64,000 bases of DNA, from NCBI GenBank assembly GCA_012295275.1, contig CM022671.1, positions 35,030,001 through 35,094,000 on the forward strand, given 5' to 3'. The stretch is from Chrysomallon squamiferum (Eukaryota > Animalia > Mollusca). This document shows positions 1-13,694 of the stretch, in pieces (positions within the stretch are counted from its first letter, which is position 1; the number at the start of each line of letters is the position of its first letter). Below the pieces are notes generated by a model. The model was given only the letters and a program-made list of their open reading frames with translations, did not search any database and had not been told where the DNA came from. Position numbers and translations under genes: made by a program.

Positions 1-760
1 TGATGACTGTCTTTAAATATTAATGCAGATTTGATCCAGTGGAACAGGTGCCACTTTAAATAATCAAAGTTTAGGGTGGAAACTCAGTACCTGTAGTCCA
101 CTAGCTGAGCACTTCAAGTGATATATTCCATTTCAGTCAGTGACTTGAATTTTGTTATATTTGGGAAAGTAAGACCCTTCTTTCTGAACAATGTGGATAT
201 TTGATAACTAAAAACATTTTTTGGAAATGCAATTCTCTAATTTTCTTCTTTTTTTTTCTCTTTTTTTCATTATAAAATAAATTAAAATTTTAAATTAATT
301 TGTCTTTTAACAATTAAAGGGTTAGCAATATTTCTCTTATAAAGAAATAATATAATTAATATATAGAAAAGTCTTCTTGTTCATATGATATGGCATCTAT
401 TTAATTTGACTGTTTTAGTCATAAATGTATATATATCTACATTAGATAGCATTTAATAATTATAATACATATCATAATGTTGTATGAATATATAATCAGT
501 GTTAAATTAGCCAGTATTTTTAAATTAATACAAGAACAAAATACAGTATTTTATCAGTTGTATAACTTTCCAACTTACATCCAGAAGTTAAGTCGATTAG
601 AGGCAGGTGGATTATTTAAAGTTGTAAACTTTGTCGTGCGTGTCTTCTGGCACGAAAACAACGAACGTTGTCTACTAGCACCGACAGGCGACACTAATAA
701 CTGTTTCCGATTGTCTACGCAGAAAAACCTTTTCTCAATAATTACAGTTTTACACCTGAT
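1..760 (-). other. Probable 5' non-coding exons of a gene divergent from CCT6 that continues off the left edge
   Basis: Minus-strand donor GAT|GTAAGT (intron begins 578), CAG acceptor at 184-186, and GC-elevated exon-like blocks at 579-760 and 1-183. No open frame is present in the window. Confidence 0.35.
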
Positions 761-1991
761 TTCACAGTAATATCCTAACTTGTGCCAAAAAGAGTGACAC
801 TTTAAGAAATGACTAACACTGACCCACTAACTCAGTTTGCTGGGTCATAGTATCATTGAACCTTTCATAGTCAATAACCTATAGACTGGATTTAGGTGAT
901 AACGTCACATAAGACAAAGCGCAACATCAGAGTAGAGACCGGTTGGGAATTGTTGACCCTAAGTGATGTGGTTCCACGTCAGAGACTGTCGTTTTGTTAG
1001 ATAGTCAACCTTTTATTCTTTTTCACTTTTCTTTATCCCATTTTGGTGAAGAATGTTAGCAGGCTTAATATTTAAAAAATGAATAATAATAATAATAAAA
1101 ATAATAATATGATGTAAAGTTCCTGTATTTAATTAAAGAAAATGAAATGAATACTCTTAGTTACTAAGAGTCTGCTAATGGTGAGAGAACGAAGGTATTC
1201 ATGAAGAATTATAATAGTAATAAAATATATTTTATTGTTAATGTTTGACGTCAGAGATATTTGTGAACATTGCAATGGCCGCTATCGTGGATGAAAAACC
1301 AATGGTACCGCAGATTTTTAATGTTTTCATCCAATTAGAAAAATGACTGTATTATTATATCTGGGAAGCTAAATTGCCAAAAGTCGGTACATCTGTCAAA
1401 ACTAATACAGATTGATTAAAGCTATACATGTACTGATTTTTTTGGTAGTAGTATATAAAAATATATATATAACAATCATTTAAACTTTATCGGTAACAAC
1501 TGATGATGAGTTTGTTGTAGTTTTTTATTATTATTATTTTTTTTTTTTTATATGACAACTTTAAAACTTTCGGCTGACGAAAATCGTAGATTAGGTACGC
1601 TACATACGTGAATATCCTTTTTGTTTTCAGAAAATATTACGAAATCATATATCAAAAATAAAACAATTTTTTTAAAAAGAAATAATACCAGAAGAGAATA
1701 ACATCAACATATACTGTATTTCATGTGCCTAACTTATTTTAAAAACTGATTTGATATAATCAACATTAATTTTTGGTGCTTCCATTCCTTCTCTCTCTCT
1801 CTCTCTTTCCTTGATTTAGATTCAGAGTTTGGATTTTTTGTGTCGTAAAAAGTATAAAGAACAATAATAATAAAAATTAAAAAAAAAACACCCAAAATCC
1901 AAAACAACAACGACAAAACAAAACAAACATTAACAAATAAATAGATTAATCAGAGATAGATAGAGAGGTTTATAGAACGTTTATGTTGATG

Positions 1992-2044
<53 letters not shown>

Positions 2045-2159
2045 AATGCTCTAATAAATGTGTGAGAGAAACAACAGAAGAAGAAGCTTCCAGAACGCAA
2101 AAGAACTGTTTCCTTGACGGAAGAAGCGTAACAAACAACGTGTTCTGTCAAGTATCAAA

Positions 2160-5100
2160 ATGTCGGCGGTGAAAGCGTTGAATCCAAAGGCAGAAGTTGC
2201 TAGGGCTGCCCAAGCTTTAGCGGTTAATGTTAGTGCTGCAAAAGGATTACAAGATGTTCTACGAAGTAATCTTGGTCCCAAAGGGACTATGAAGATGTAA
2301 GCATTTAGATAAATGGCTTGTTTAAGTTATAAACCAATTTGACGTTAGAGAGAAACACGTGCTCTTTTTCAGTTTTTGTTTTAATGCCTAATGGTTATTA
2401 TGGTGAATATTTTGTTAGGGTTACTGTAAAAAAACGACACGAATATTACTAAGTGCCATTTATTTTTCTCTTGATACAATTAATGAATTATTAGCACATA
2501 TAATGATAGTCGCAAACATGATGGCAAGATATAAATTAAATTATAAATTACTGCATTAAAATGATTAATAATAATATATTACTTTATTAGATAATTAAGA
2601 ATTGTAGAGATTAGACCCAGCAGTTTTTGAAAAGAAAGGTTTTAAAAAATTTCCATATCAGTGACATTTCTTTTTTTAATTTTTTTTTTCTATAGTTAAT
2701 AAAGAGGTCTGAACTTTAATTATTATAATCCTTAACTAATTATATATATGACTGATCATTATAGGTTGGTTTCTGGTGCAGGAGACATTAAACTGACAAA
2801 AGATGGAAATGTTTTGCTCCATGAAATGGTAATTATTAATTTCACTTTTAATAAAAGTTATAAAGTTAAATTTTAAAATTTCAGTGTTGATGAACATTTT
2901 TTTTTTTTTATGTTTACAAATGTAGTCAATTGTTAAAATTTCAAAAGTGTTGTTTTGATAATCTTGTAAATATTTTTTTGTCTTCTCCAGCAAATCCAGC
3001 ATCCCACTGCTTCACTAATAGCACGTGTGGCAACTGCCCAAGATGACATAACTGGAGATGGAACGACTTCAAATGTTCTTATCATCGGAGAGCTTCTTAA
3101 ACAAGCTGACCTCTATATAGCAGAAGTAAGCAACATTTTGAAAGGATGTACTATTTTCGTATTTTCTGACCTGAAAAACTTGCATTTGATTCTGTAACGT
3201 GTAAATATTAAAATATTGATATGGAGGGTTGTATATATAATTTTTTATTTTTTTTAAGATTTAGAAATATTATTTGAAACATCTCAAAGATGTTTGTTAA
3301 ATTGAATATTTTACATCTTTTTATTTTTTATCCCTCTGTTTGTAGGGTCTTCATCCACGGCTGATAACCGAGGGATTTGAGCTGGCAAGAAATAAGGCTC
3401 TGGAGGTGAGAGAGTAAATTGTTATAAATAACAAGTATGGGAGGACTTAAGAACTTTCTCAATTATGTTATCTAATTTTACTAAAACAGTTAAAATATTG
3501 GCTGTATCTGGTTAGTATAGTTGTTTGAGGTTTAACTAAGTATTTTTGTTTTGTTTTAATTTTTTGCAAGATGTCAACAGTTCGTTGTTACAGGTGCAGG
3601 TCTTAATGTCCAGACACTGGTCTGAAAGACAGTTATTTTTCAAGATCAATCCTCCTTAATGCTGTTGTAGCACTATTTTCCACTGCCTCTGATTTCAGAA
3701 TTATTTTTGTTTTTCTTTCCCAGTGGCTTGTTAACATTCTTGATGAAATGCTACTTTTCTTTCATAACTGTAAAGATTCTTGACGAGGTGAAGATATCAC
3801 GAGAGATAGATCGTGACATACTGATACAGGTGGCCAGGACCTCACTCAGAACCAAGGTGCACCAAGAGTTGGCTGATCTGTTGACAGAGGTGAATATTCA
3901 CTTGATGAATAAATAAAAAATAAAAAATTAGTTCAGACATAACTAATTTGATGTCAGCAGCTTAGAAATTATTTTAGATATAACTTGATGGAAAAGTTGT
4001 TCTGACATAAAAAAAAAAAATATATTAAAAATTATTTTTAGTAATAAAATTAATAATCTTTAAAAATTGATAATTGTATTGAGGAAATTTTCAAAATTAG
4101 CAATTTTAATTTTTTTTAATTAATTTTTTTCAGTATTAAAGTATTTTTGTTCAATACTGAACTATTCATTCATATTTAAAATATTAAAAAATCCAAGTGA
4201 AGCAGACCTTAATGTGAGCAAATGTTGTTTTTATTTCAGCATGTTGTGGATGCTGTTCTGGCTATTCGTAAACCAAATGAAGCCATCGATCTTCACATGG
4301 TGGAAATAATGGAGATGCAGCACAAAACAGACATGGACACAACGTTAGTTATTACATTTTGTTTATTAATATTAGAGTAATATATTGTTTTTAACACTTC
4401 ATATATTATTCTTAATAAAGTAAGAAATTGCTGGTTACACTTCCTATATTATTCTTGTTATAAACTGTTCTGATGAGAAATTTTATACATTTCTGAACAA
4501 TACATTTTGCATTCTAAATATTTACTTTTTTCCAGTACATTGAGATTTTTCAGATTAATACTGTATTAGTATAAATACTACTTTTAAAACATCAAGATGA
4601 TAATAATAATGAAATATTTAGTCAGTTGTACATACAATTTAAATAAAACTTTCAGCCTGGTTCGTGGTATTGTGATGGATCATGGTGCTCGTCATCCAGA
4701 TATGAAGAAAAGGACTGAAAATGCTTTCATATTGACTTGTAACATTTCATTGGAGTATGAGAAAACGTGCGTGTCACAATACTTGCAGATTTAATTTTTA
4801 TTATTATTACTTTTTATTTTATTTAATTATTATAAAGCTCTTCTGATAATAGTGGCAAAATTTGAAAATGTATTCCAGTTGTTTTTAAATGTTAAAAATG
4901 CACAATGTTTCTGTATAAAAGTTGGGTTGTTGTACAACTGTTTATTTTTTGATATATACATTCTTCAGCAAGATAAAGATTATGTATGATAAAATACTGA
5001 AAATAAGCATTTTGATTGAAAAAAATCTTCTTTTTTTTTTTTTTTTTTTAATTTGTAACATATTCCATGTAATAATTTGAAAGTTGCATTAAAACATAGT

Positions 5101-8100
5101 TCACACAAATATTTTAATTTAAACTTTAAAAAAATATATATATTTTTTATTAACATTTATATATTTACGACTTCGTAACTAATGTCGGCTCTGTGTTGCC
5201 ATGTTAATTTATTCACAATTTGTATGACAGTGAGGTGAATTCAGGGTTTTTCTACAAGAGTGCCAAGGAGAGGGAGAAGCTGGTTGAGGCAGAGAGACGG
5301 TTCATTGATGACCGAGTGAGGAAAATCATTGATCTGAAGAAGAAAGTGTGCAAGGGAAACAACAAAGGTTTTGTTGTCATCAACCAGAAGGGAATTGATC
5401 CCATGTCCCTTGACATGCTGGCTAAGGAAGGGATTGTAGCCCTTAGAAGAGCAAAGCGACGAAACATGGAGAGGTAATTTTAATTTTTTATGTATTCATT
5501 TTTATCTCTCTGTGTATAGATAGATATATCAAAATTTGTTGTTTGTTATTTGTTCTTTTATTCATTTCCTATTTTATGAACAAGAAATTTTTAAAAATTC
5601 CTCTCCAGTCTTTGTATCTTCTGCAGTGCATTGCATAAAGCACAGGTCATTCAGAAATAATAAAAATGAAATGATTTTCAGATTAGGACTTGCGTGTGGA
5701 GGAATGGCCTGTAACTCAGTGGATGACTTGATTCCTGAGTATCTCGGATATGCTGGTCTGGTTTATGAACAGGTTTTGGTAAGATCATCAACTTCAGTTA
5801 TTAGTAACAGTTACCTGTAACCATCAGGATTTAAAGTTTAAATTAATTTCCATATCCTCTGTTTTTTTTTTCTTTTTGTTTTTTTTAAATTTGTGTTATC
5901 ACAAAAACAACCAAAACATATTAATAATTATGATGAAAAGTTTTAAAATTCATATTTTCTATTTACAAGAAAGTTTGTCCTCATAGTTAAATTTAAAATT
6001 TTAGGATGTAATATTATTTTTAACCATTACAATAACATTCAGAGAAATCTTTGTAACAAAAATAGTGCAGACAGAAAATTGAATTTGGAATTTATTTTGA
6101 CACAGCACACTGCCCCAAAAATATGACAAATCTATGAATATGAATTTTAATGTTTAAAGGTAATCACAAGATGAATGCTAGCAATTACATTTTTTTTTTT
6201 AATACAGGGTGAAAGTAAATACACTTTTGTTGAGGACTCATGAATTTAAAATTCATTATGTCCCATAGAATGACAAATCTATAAAAATTAATGTTTATAG
6301 ACGATCACAAAATGTATACAAGTAACTGGTTTTTTTATGCAGGGTGAAAGTAAATACACTTTTGTTGAGGACTGTAAACACCCACTGTCTGTGACTATCC
6401 AAATAAAAGGACCAAACAAGCACACAATTACTCAGATTAAGGATGCTGTCAGAGATGGACTTAGAGCAGTGAAGAATGCTATTGAAGATGGTGAGTGTGC
6501 CGTCTTCAATTTTAGATATTGTTTCCATTACAGTGCTTAAATTTACACATCAAATATCAGTCACAAAAGATGTACTGAAATACAGAAATATGCAGAAAAA
6601 TGGCAGAATCCTGACTGTTGGACTCTCTCCAGGTCTATAAATGCTTCATAGCAGATTTATCAAAAGCATTTGTATCACCAGTAGATTGATGATGGTGTCT
6701 ACAAATATATTTTAACATTTATTTAATACAAAATATGTTGAGATTTGCTAAACAGTGATCTGTTTATAATCAGGTATTTTATATAATTTTGTTTTTTTTT
6801 TTTTTTTTTTGCAGACTGTGTTCTCCCTGGAGCAGGATCCTTTGAGATTGCTGCCTACATTGAACTAATGAAATACAAAGATACAGTTAAGGGAAGAGCC
6901 AGATTAGGTAAAATTTCATATCATTTGTTTATTTGCTTTTTTTTTAAACTTTAATCTCAGTTTTTTCATTCATTTTGCTAATGGTATTCATCTTATGAAT
7001 TTGGGGGTTTTGGTATTGTATTTGTTTAAATAAAACTGGACTGTGGTATTGAAATAGAAAGAGTTGTGTACCTTCAGTTACTTTTCCTTGATTATGCAAG
7101 GTGCTGAGAAATTTTAATACAGTTGTGTAAACTTTTTGTGTTTAGGAATCCAGGCATTTGCTGAGGCTCTGTTGATCATTGTGAAGGTTCTGGCACAAAA
7201 TTCTGGCTTGGACCCCCAGGAAGCGATTGTGAAACTTCAGCAGGAATACGTGGGACCATCTCAGGCTGTGGGTTTGGACATAAAAACAGGTGTGTGTATA
7301 ATACAGACACTGATTACACACTGATTCTTTCTAATTATTGTCCAAAACTGTGAAATGTGATTCTTTTCAGATGGATTAAATTTTATTAACTTACAGAATG
7401 TACTCCTTTTAAAAAATATTTCACCTGAAATTAGCATTTTACGTTTCTGTTTGGATGATAAGATTTATTATTGGATGGTGTATGGTCATCTTTAATACTG
7501 ATGACAATACTACATTATTTTTAAAACTGTTTTTATTTTATGAAGTATATACGTGTTTTATCTACTTAAAAACCTTATGAATACCTGACTGTTTTATAAA
7601 CAATAATATTCAAAATTCTTCACGGTTTCTGGTTCAAAATTATTACAATAAAATTTATTATGCACAATGAAAATGGTATTAAAAAATGTTTGTGTAATTT
7701 GTCATTACAGGAGAAGCTATGATACCTTTGGATGCAGGAATTTTAGACAATTATCGAGTGAAAAAACAGCTTTTACATTCGTGGTGAGTGTTTGTTTATC
7801 CCAAAAGTGATATAAGTATAATTGATGTTATTTTCTTTAAGAAGAAATACTTCCTGTGTTATTAAAAAAAAATGAAATAATTTCTAAAAATAAATAATAT
7901 TTTAGAAATTCCAATGTTAAATACTTAGTTTGTTTTCCTCCAGTTTCAAATTCCTGGACCAAAAATTTAAATTCCTTTCTTTGTTATATTTTGACAAGCT
8001 TTACGAGTTACAACATTTCTTCATTAACATCAGAAAAAATAAAAGAGCTTGTTTATTGTTTTATTTCTAAGATAGTGGATTTCTTATTTTATTTTATTTT

Positions 8101-8181
8101 TTTAGTACTGTGATAGCAACAAATCTTTTACTGGTTGACGAGATCATGAGAGCTGGCATGTCATCCCTGAAAGGAGATTAA
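2160..8181 (+). CDS. CCT6: T-complex protein 1 subunit zeta (chaperonin CCT subunit 6), 14 coding exons, 532 aa
   Basis: Exons 2160-2296, 2765-2828, 2991-3125, 3346-3405, 3776-3889, 4240-4343, 4656-4766, 5231-5473, 5682-5778, 6343-6490, 6815-6907, 7146-7289, 7711-7783, 8106-8181. All introns are GT-AG, phases are consistent and the total is 1599 nt. The translation [20 protein letters not shown]...[22 protein letters not shown]...[10 protein letters not shown]...[17 protein letters not shown] is diagnostic of CCT-zeta. Confidence 0.98.
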
Positions 8182-9082
8182 CAGAACAAAAAATTTCAGT
8201 GTTTCTATCAGAACCCACCATTTAGTCTGGACCGTATTTAGATGTGCGTTTATTCAGTTGTCTCAAGTATGCTGCTCGTTTTTGTTGAGTATTTTCAGTT
8301 TAAAGTTCATTATTGCTGCCTTCACGTAAGAGAGTGAAACTATGGGTAATTTAACACAGTAATTACACTACATATGTCTGTATCATTCATAATTTTTCAC
8401 ATTAAAATTCTTTAAAAAAAAAAATTAAGTCTTTTGTTGTTTATTAAATAATTTAATTTCTAAACAGTCATAATAATTTGATTATTTAGTTATTAGAAAT
8501 ATATGTGATGTAGTAGTTTTTGCAAAAATAATTATTACATTCTGCTCTTCTGTTTGTACATTTACTGCCATTTGTACACAAATAAGATATGCTATACAGA
8601 AAACAATGAACTGTTGGGTATTAGTGTTACATCTGTATAAGCTGATATCTTTTGTTTTTTTACTGAGGAATATTTTTATTTTTTACCTTCATTCATAGAT
8701 GATTATTTTACAAAAGCTGTTGTTGGAGTTTTTTTTAATGTTTTAATCTGTATTTTGATTATTTTCAGACCAAGAATTAAACATTTTTACAAAAATCTAA
8801 ACAGAATAACATTTTTATAATCTAAACAAAAATTTGTGTAGACATTCCTTTATTTCCACGTTTGAACTTTTTTTTTTTTTCGGTTCCCATTGCGATGTAA
8901 AGAAGCCTGATGTAATAATTACACAATTTTTGCAAATGATATTTTTATTTTTATTTTTATTTTTTTATTATATCATGTTATATATTAGGTTAGTTGAAAT
9001 ATTTTTTTTTTTTAAATTAATTAAATACCTTCCTTTAAAACATTAAAATATTTATCATTAGTGTTTGACGACAAATTGCCTG

Positions 9083-9113
<31 letters not shown>

Positions 9114-9390
9114 GGTGTGGGTTGTCTGGACGTCATTAAGTACATGTTTGTTAGCCTGGCTTAGTTTTGAGCTGCGATAGACATATTAATTCAAAGACAA
9201 AAACATGCTTCAGTAGTGTTTAATTTCTATTCACTGAATAAAATATTAAAATGATAAAAAGAAATGGTCAAAATATATTTTGTTCGTTCCATTTTATTAG
9301 CTTGTTGGTTTTTATTATTTTTTTTTTTATTTATTTATTTATTTATTGTTCGTAAAGATTTATTAAAAAAAACAGATTTGAAATATCTGA

Positions 9391-9510
9391 TCGCCCGCCA
9401 TTTTTCTGTTATTGTGACGTCATCGGGCACAGAGCGGACCTGTTTAATTCGTGCATTACTATTGTTAATGTTAGGTGTCAGTTCATGACATAAAGACTAA
9501 AATGGCGTTT
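9391..9510. promoter_or_regulatory. Promoter-like island: two opposed YY1 motifs flanking a CRE
   Basis: CGCCATTTT at 9396-9404, TGACGTCA at 9415-9422 and AAAATGGCG at 9499-9507. Confidence 0.45.
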
Positions 9511-12026
9511 AGCTGTTTTTTTATCAGTATCATTTTGTAATACCTCTGAATCGGCGACAACAGTTTGTCCAAAACAATAAAACAAAATAAATAAACTTCT
9601 AAGTATAAAGAATATTATTATATATTTTAGACTTTAAAACCAATACCCAACTAATAACAAATAATTATTCATAAATGTGTGAAACAACATCTGTCATAGA
9701 TTAATAAACCAAATATCCTGAGGCCGGAACAACAGCTGTCTGAATAATCACCATTATTTATTAAACAGCAAGTCAGATATGTAACACTAACAAGATTGTG
9801 TTAAACACGTAGATTGGTTATTAGATACTACTGCATTGCTGTGCTTATACATCGGACAGAGAAGCTGTTGGAAGTATGTGGCAGCTTTATGAATTACTCC
9901 TCGTATATCATCCAGTGGGCTGTTCGCATTCCCATAGATCAGAGGGCAGAAAAGTGCATTTAAAATATTCATTGCTGCTGAATAAAAAAATAACCGGTGT
10001 AATTGCAAAAATCTGTTTTTGTCACAAGGGTTCAACCATTCGACAACAGTAATTTTTAATGTCTGGAAAAAAATAAAATAAAATAAAATAAATAAATTTT
10101 GTTAAATATTTATTAAAATGTTACGTGGTGTCATTAATTATTAATTAATTTACTGTTTACGGAGCTGGTCGTTTAACTGATTTGGATTATTTCGGTTTGG
10201 GCTGAAATCAATAAAAAACGTTTTTTCGTTGTTGTTTTGTTTTTGTTTTTTTAAATTAAATACACCGTGAATAAAATTATAAGAATGATAAATGTAATTA
10301 ACAATCAATCAAATTTTACGGGTTCCACTTTGTTCAAATTACCTTGCAGTACTAGAACGATCATTTGCAGTTTTTTACTAGTTTTTATGCAATTGACAAA
10401 CAGATACAACTGAAAACTGTATTGTTCAAAGTTAGCAAAAGTTGTTTAAGTTGACGCAACTAATTTAATTGAACAAAACATACACGTATGCGCACACGCG
10501 CACGAAAGTAATATTTAGTAGCTTCTTCTATATTTGTGCTGTGTTCTAATGAACCTGAATCATATAGAAAAATTAACAGAAACACAATGAGTACGAATTA
10601 TTAATAATAATAAAAAGTTCTGTTGCAGCCACAGCCGTTCTCTGCTAATTTGTCCCTTTCATTGGAAACGTGTGATACATGGATGACGTTACGTCGAAAC
10701 CATAACCGTGGAGTAATCAATGGCTAATTAGCCTTATCCTTTACGTTTTTTTTTTTTTTTTTTTTTAGCTCACTGTTGATTTTCGTTGTCAATAGTTTGA
10801 TGACATATCACTGAATTATTTATGCAGATGACTAAGCTGTTTTGAAACAGAAAATTGTCTGGGTTTGTTTAGTAACGAATCAGGCTAGTCTTCGTTTCGC
10901 GATATAAGTGCGCGTGCAAGATAATATGCATTGTAATAATATGAAGTAATTAATCTTCTGGTTCATGTGTTAAATGTAGGCAAATACAACATTATTTACT
11001 GTGTTCATTGGTTATTTAATTATTTTGTTGTCTTGGACTTCACGAAGTCGAATTCTTTAAAATAAACATTATATTCGAAAAACAAATAGGAAATTGAAAG
11101 AAAAAAGTAAAAACGCATTCACTTCGGTTTATTTTATTTATTTGTTTATTTATTTTATTTCATTTAAATTTAATTAATTACATTTTTGTTCACATCACTC
11201 CGCTTTATTTTATTTATTTATTTATTTATTTATTTTATTTATTTATTTTATTTTTTATTTAATTTATATTTAACAAAAGAAGCAATAATAGTTTGAAAAT
11301 ACAAATGGAAGGGGTTCGCGACATCAGCATGCTATGAAATGATATTTTACAGCCATATTATATTTAAAACATCAATGTCATGATTTAGTGAACTTACAGA
11401 GCTATACGTGCTTAGACTAATAATGATTTCGTGTTCGACACAAAAGTAGGTACGATATGTTTTTATTAACTTGGCTCACATTTCGTTCCTGAATGAAGGC
11501 CTATTATATTCTGTTATGAAGGCCTTTAAGTAATATCAGGTCACTAGGTTGTTCCTCAGTAACTATGAAATGGATCCATTATTCAAATGTCATTGACACC
11601 GTGTCTGCAAATCTTTTGTGTGAGATTCTGACCCCAATTTACCAGGACAAAAAGCTAAAGAATAAGAAGAAAGAAAGAAAGAAGGAAAGAAGCAAGGAAA
11701 AAAAAAAAAGAAAACATTTATTTTGTGGTATTTACTTGGAAGCCTGGTCAGGATTCCACACTGTTGGCATGGTGAAGTTGGATGTTTGTATTGCGTGATT
11801 TTGGGGCTGTATAGCAATCTAAATATGGACATAGGTGCAGGTTTATTTTTTTTTTTCCAGAATTTTTTTTTAAAAAAAAACAAAATGTTTAAAATATAAG
11901 AGGTTGTTAACTTGCGTCTACCGAAAGTGAGGACAGCATATACCACGACTTTTTATTTTATATAAATGTTATATAATAACTGCAGGAATAATGGTCCATT
12001 GAAACATTGTGTCTGAAACTACATCA

Positions 12027-12136
<110 letters not shown>

Positions 12137-13539
12137 ATAATTGATCAGTTTTGTCTTCTGTATATTTATTTACCGATCTGTGCTTTTTTTTTGGGGGAGG
12201 GTTGTTGTTGTTTATGTACATAGATTTGGTTCACCGAAATTTTAGTCACTAAAGCGCCAGCGATTTATAATTAATGAAATGATCTTTTGATTAGCATTAA
12301 AAATAACAAACTACAGAACAAAATGAGTAAAATTGGAATCCTTTTAACGTTGTTGCCAAGATCTCACATTTTTTAATAATTGCTTATAAAGAAAAAAAAA
12401 AAAAATTGTTTAAAAAGTTTTATTATTTTAGTTGTCCAAAATTTAGTTTTTATTATTTATGATTTTAATAATACACACATTTCTTCTTGTAAGATACTAC
12501 CATTTTTGTGGACAGTTTTTCTACTTAAATTCCGCTTGCCACTAACATGAAAATTGGGCACGCGGGAACTGATGACGTCAAAAGACCTTGTTTCCTCCGA
12601 AATACTAGAAATGGACTTCCAGTCTAATGTCTGACTTGATTCTTTGCTATTCTTAATTTTATACATATAGATTTTCTTTATTTGAACGGATTTGTATTTT
12701 ACGAAAGTATCAGTTTAACGTCATCAGTTTGCGCGTACACACGTGGAAGACAAACGAGAGAATCAGATGAGTTTGTGACATTATATCTTTTCATCTTTTT
12801 AAAATTCCATTAAAAGGTCAGAAACGTCCATACGTTTTATTAAACAGAAGCACATAGATTCCATCAGTACAACGAGGATGGATATTAAACAGAAGTATTG
12901 CATAAATATGTAAGATATGCAGGCTACAAGCCTACCATTCTTCGACGTTATTATATGAAGATCTCGTTTGCAAAAGGCCTTAGATCCATGTTGTTAAAAT
13001 TGAGCTTGATTTTCAGACTGATGACAAACCTAATTCTTAAATACCAATGTAAAGGACCACCAAATGATTATTGACAGTAAAATGGGCTTAGATTATTATT
13101 ATTATTATTAGTTTTATTAGTTTTATTTAAATGTGATAAATGTAAATCCTTTTGCAGATAAGATCGTTAACATCCAGGCAATTATTAAAGGTACTGAATA
13201 ATTATTTTACGGATTTTTTATGTGAATCAAAGTGCAAATATTTAATGTTCCAAAGTATTTTAAATCGTCGGTACAAAATGAAAGGGTATTTACTTAATTT
13301 ACGAAACAAATATTTTCTATTAATTTAAATAAATAAATAAATATTTGAAATGTTTTAGCAAAAAATAATAATTTTAAAAAAGAAAGCAAAAAAAAAAAAA
13401 ATTCAAATAAGTTATATTTAAAATAAGAGAATATTATTTTATTTTACATGTAATAATTGCATTCACTAATAAATGCATTGATATTGATATGTTTAATTCG
13501 CAAGATAAAGGATCCAATTTCCATTGATTAATTGACCAG

Positions 13540-13694
13540 TACCTGCTCCGAGAACGGCTGGTTTCCGCAACGTGCTCCGCTTTAACAATTTGTCTGTTAT
13601 GTGGAAGAGGTTACCCAGTCCAATCGCCGGTGTATCTGACGTCACACTCAATCGCTCCTCATGTCAAGAAGATACCTTTCGTAGGCAAGGAGAC
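13540..13694 (+). promoter_or_regulatory. PITP proximal promoter/5'UTR with CRE at 13637-13644
   Basis: A CpG-containing island directly before ATG 13695, containing a perfect TGACGTCA. Confidence 0.55.

Noticed and set aside
1-183. Selenocysteine/readthrough coding exon (TGA-interrupted minus frames)
   Set aside because: Every frame has multiple stops and no recognisable protein; a UTR is the simpler explanation.
2051-6528. Minus-strand ORFs 2051-2281, 5252-5467 and 6295-6528
   Set aside because: These are antisense shadows of CCT6 exons.
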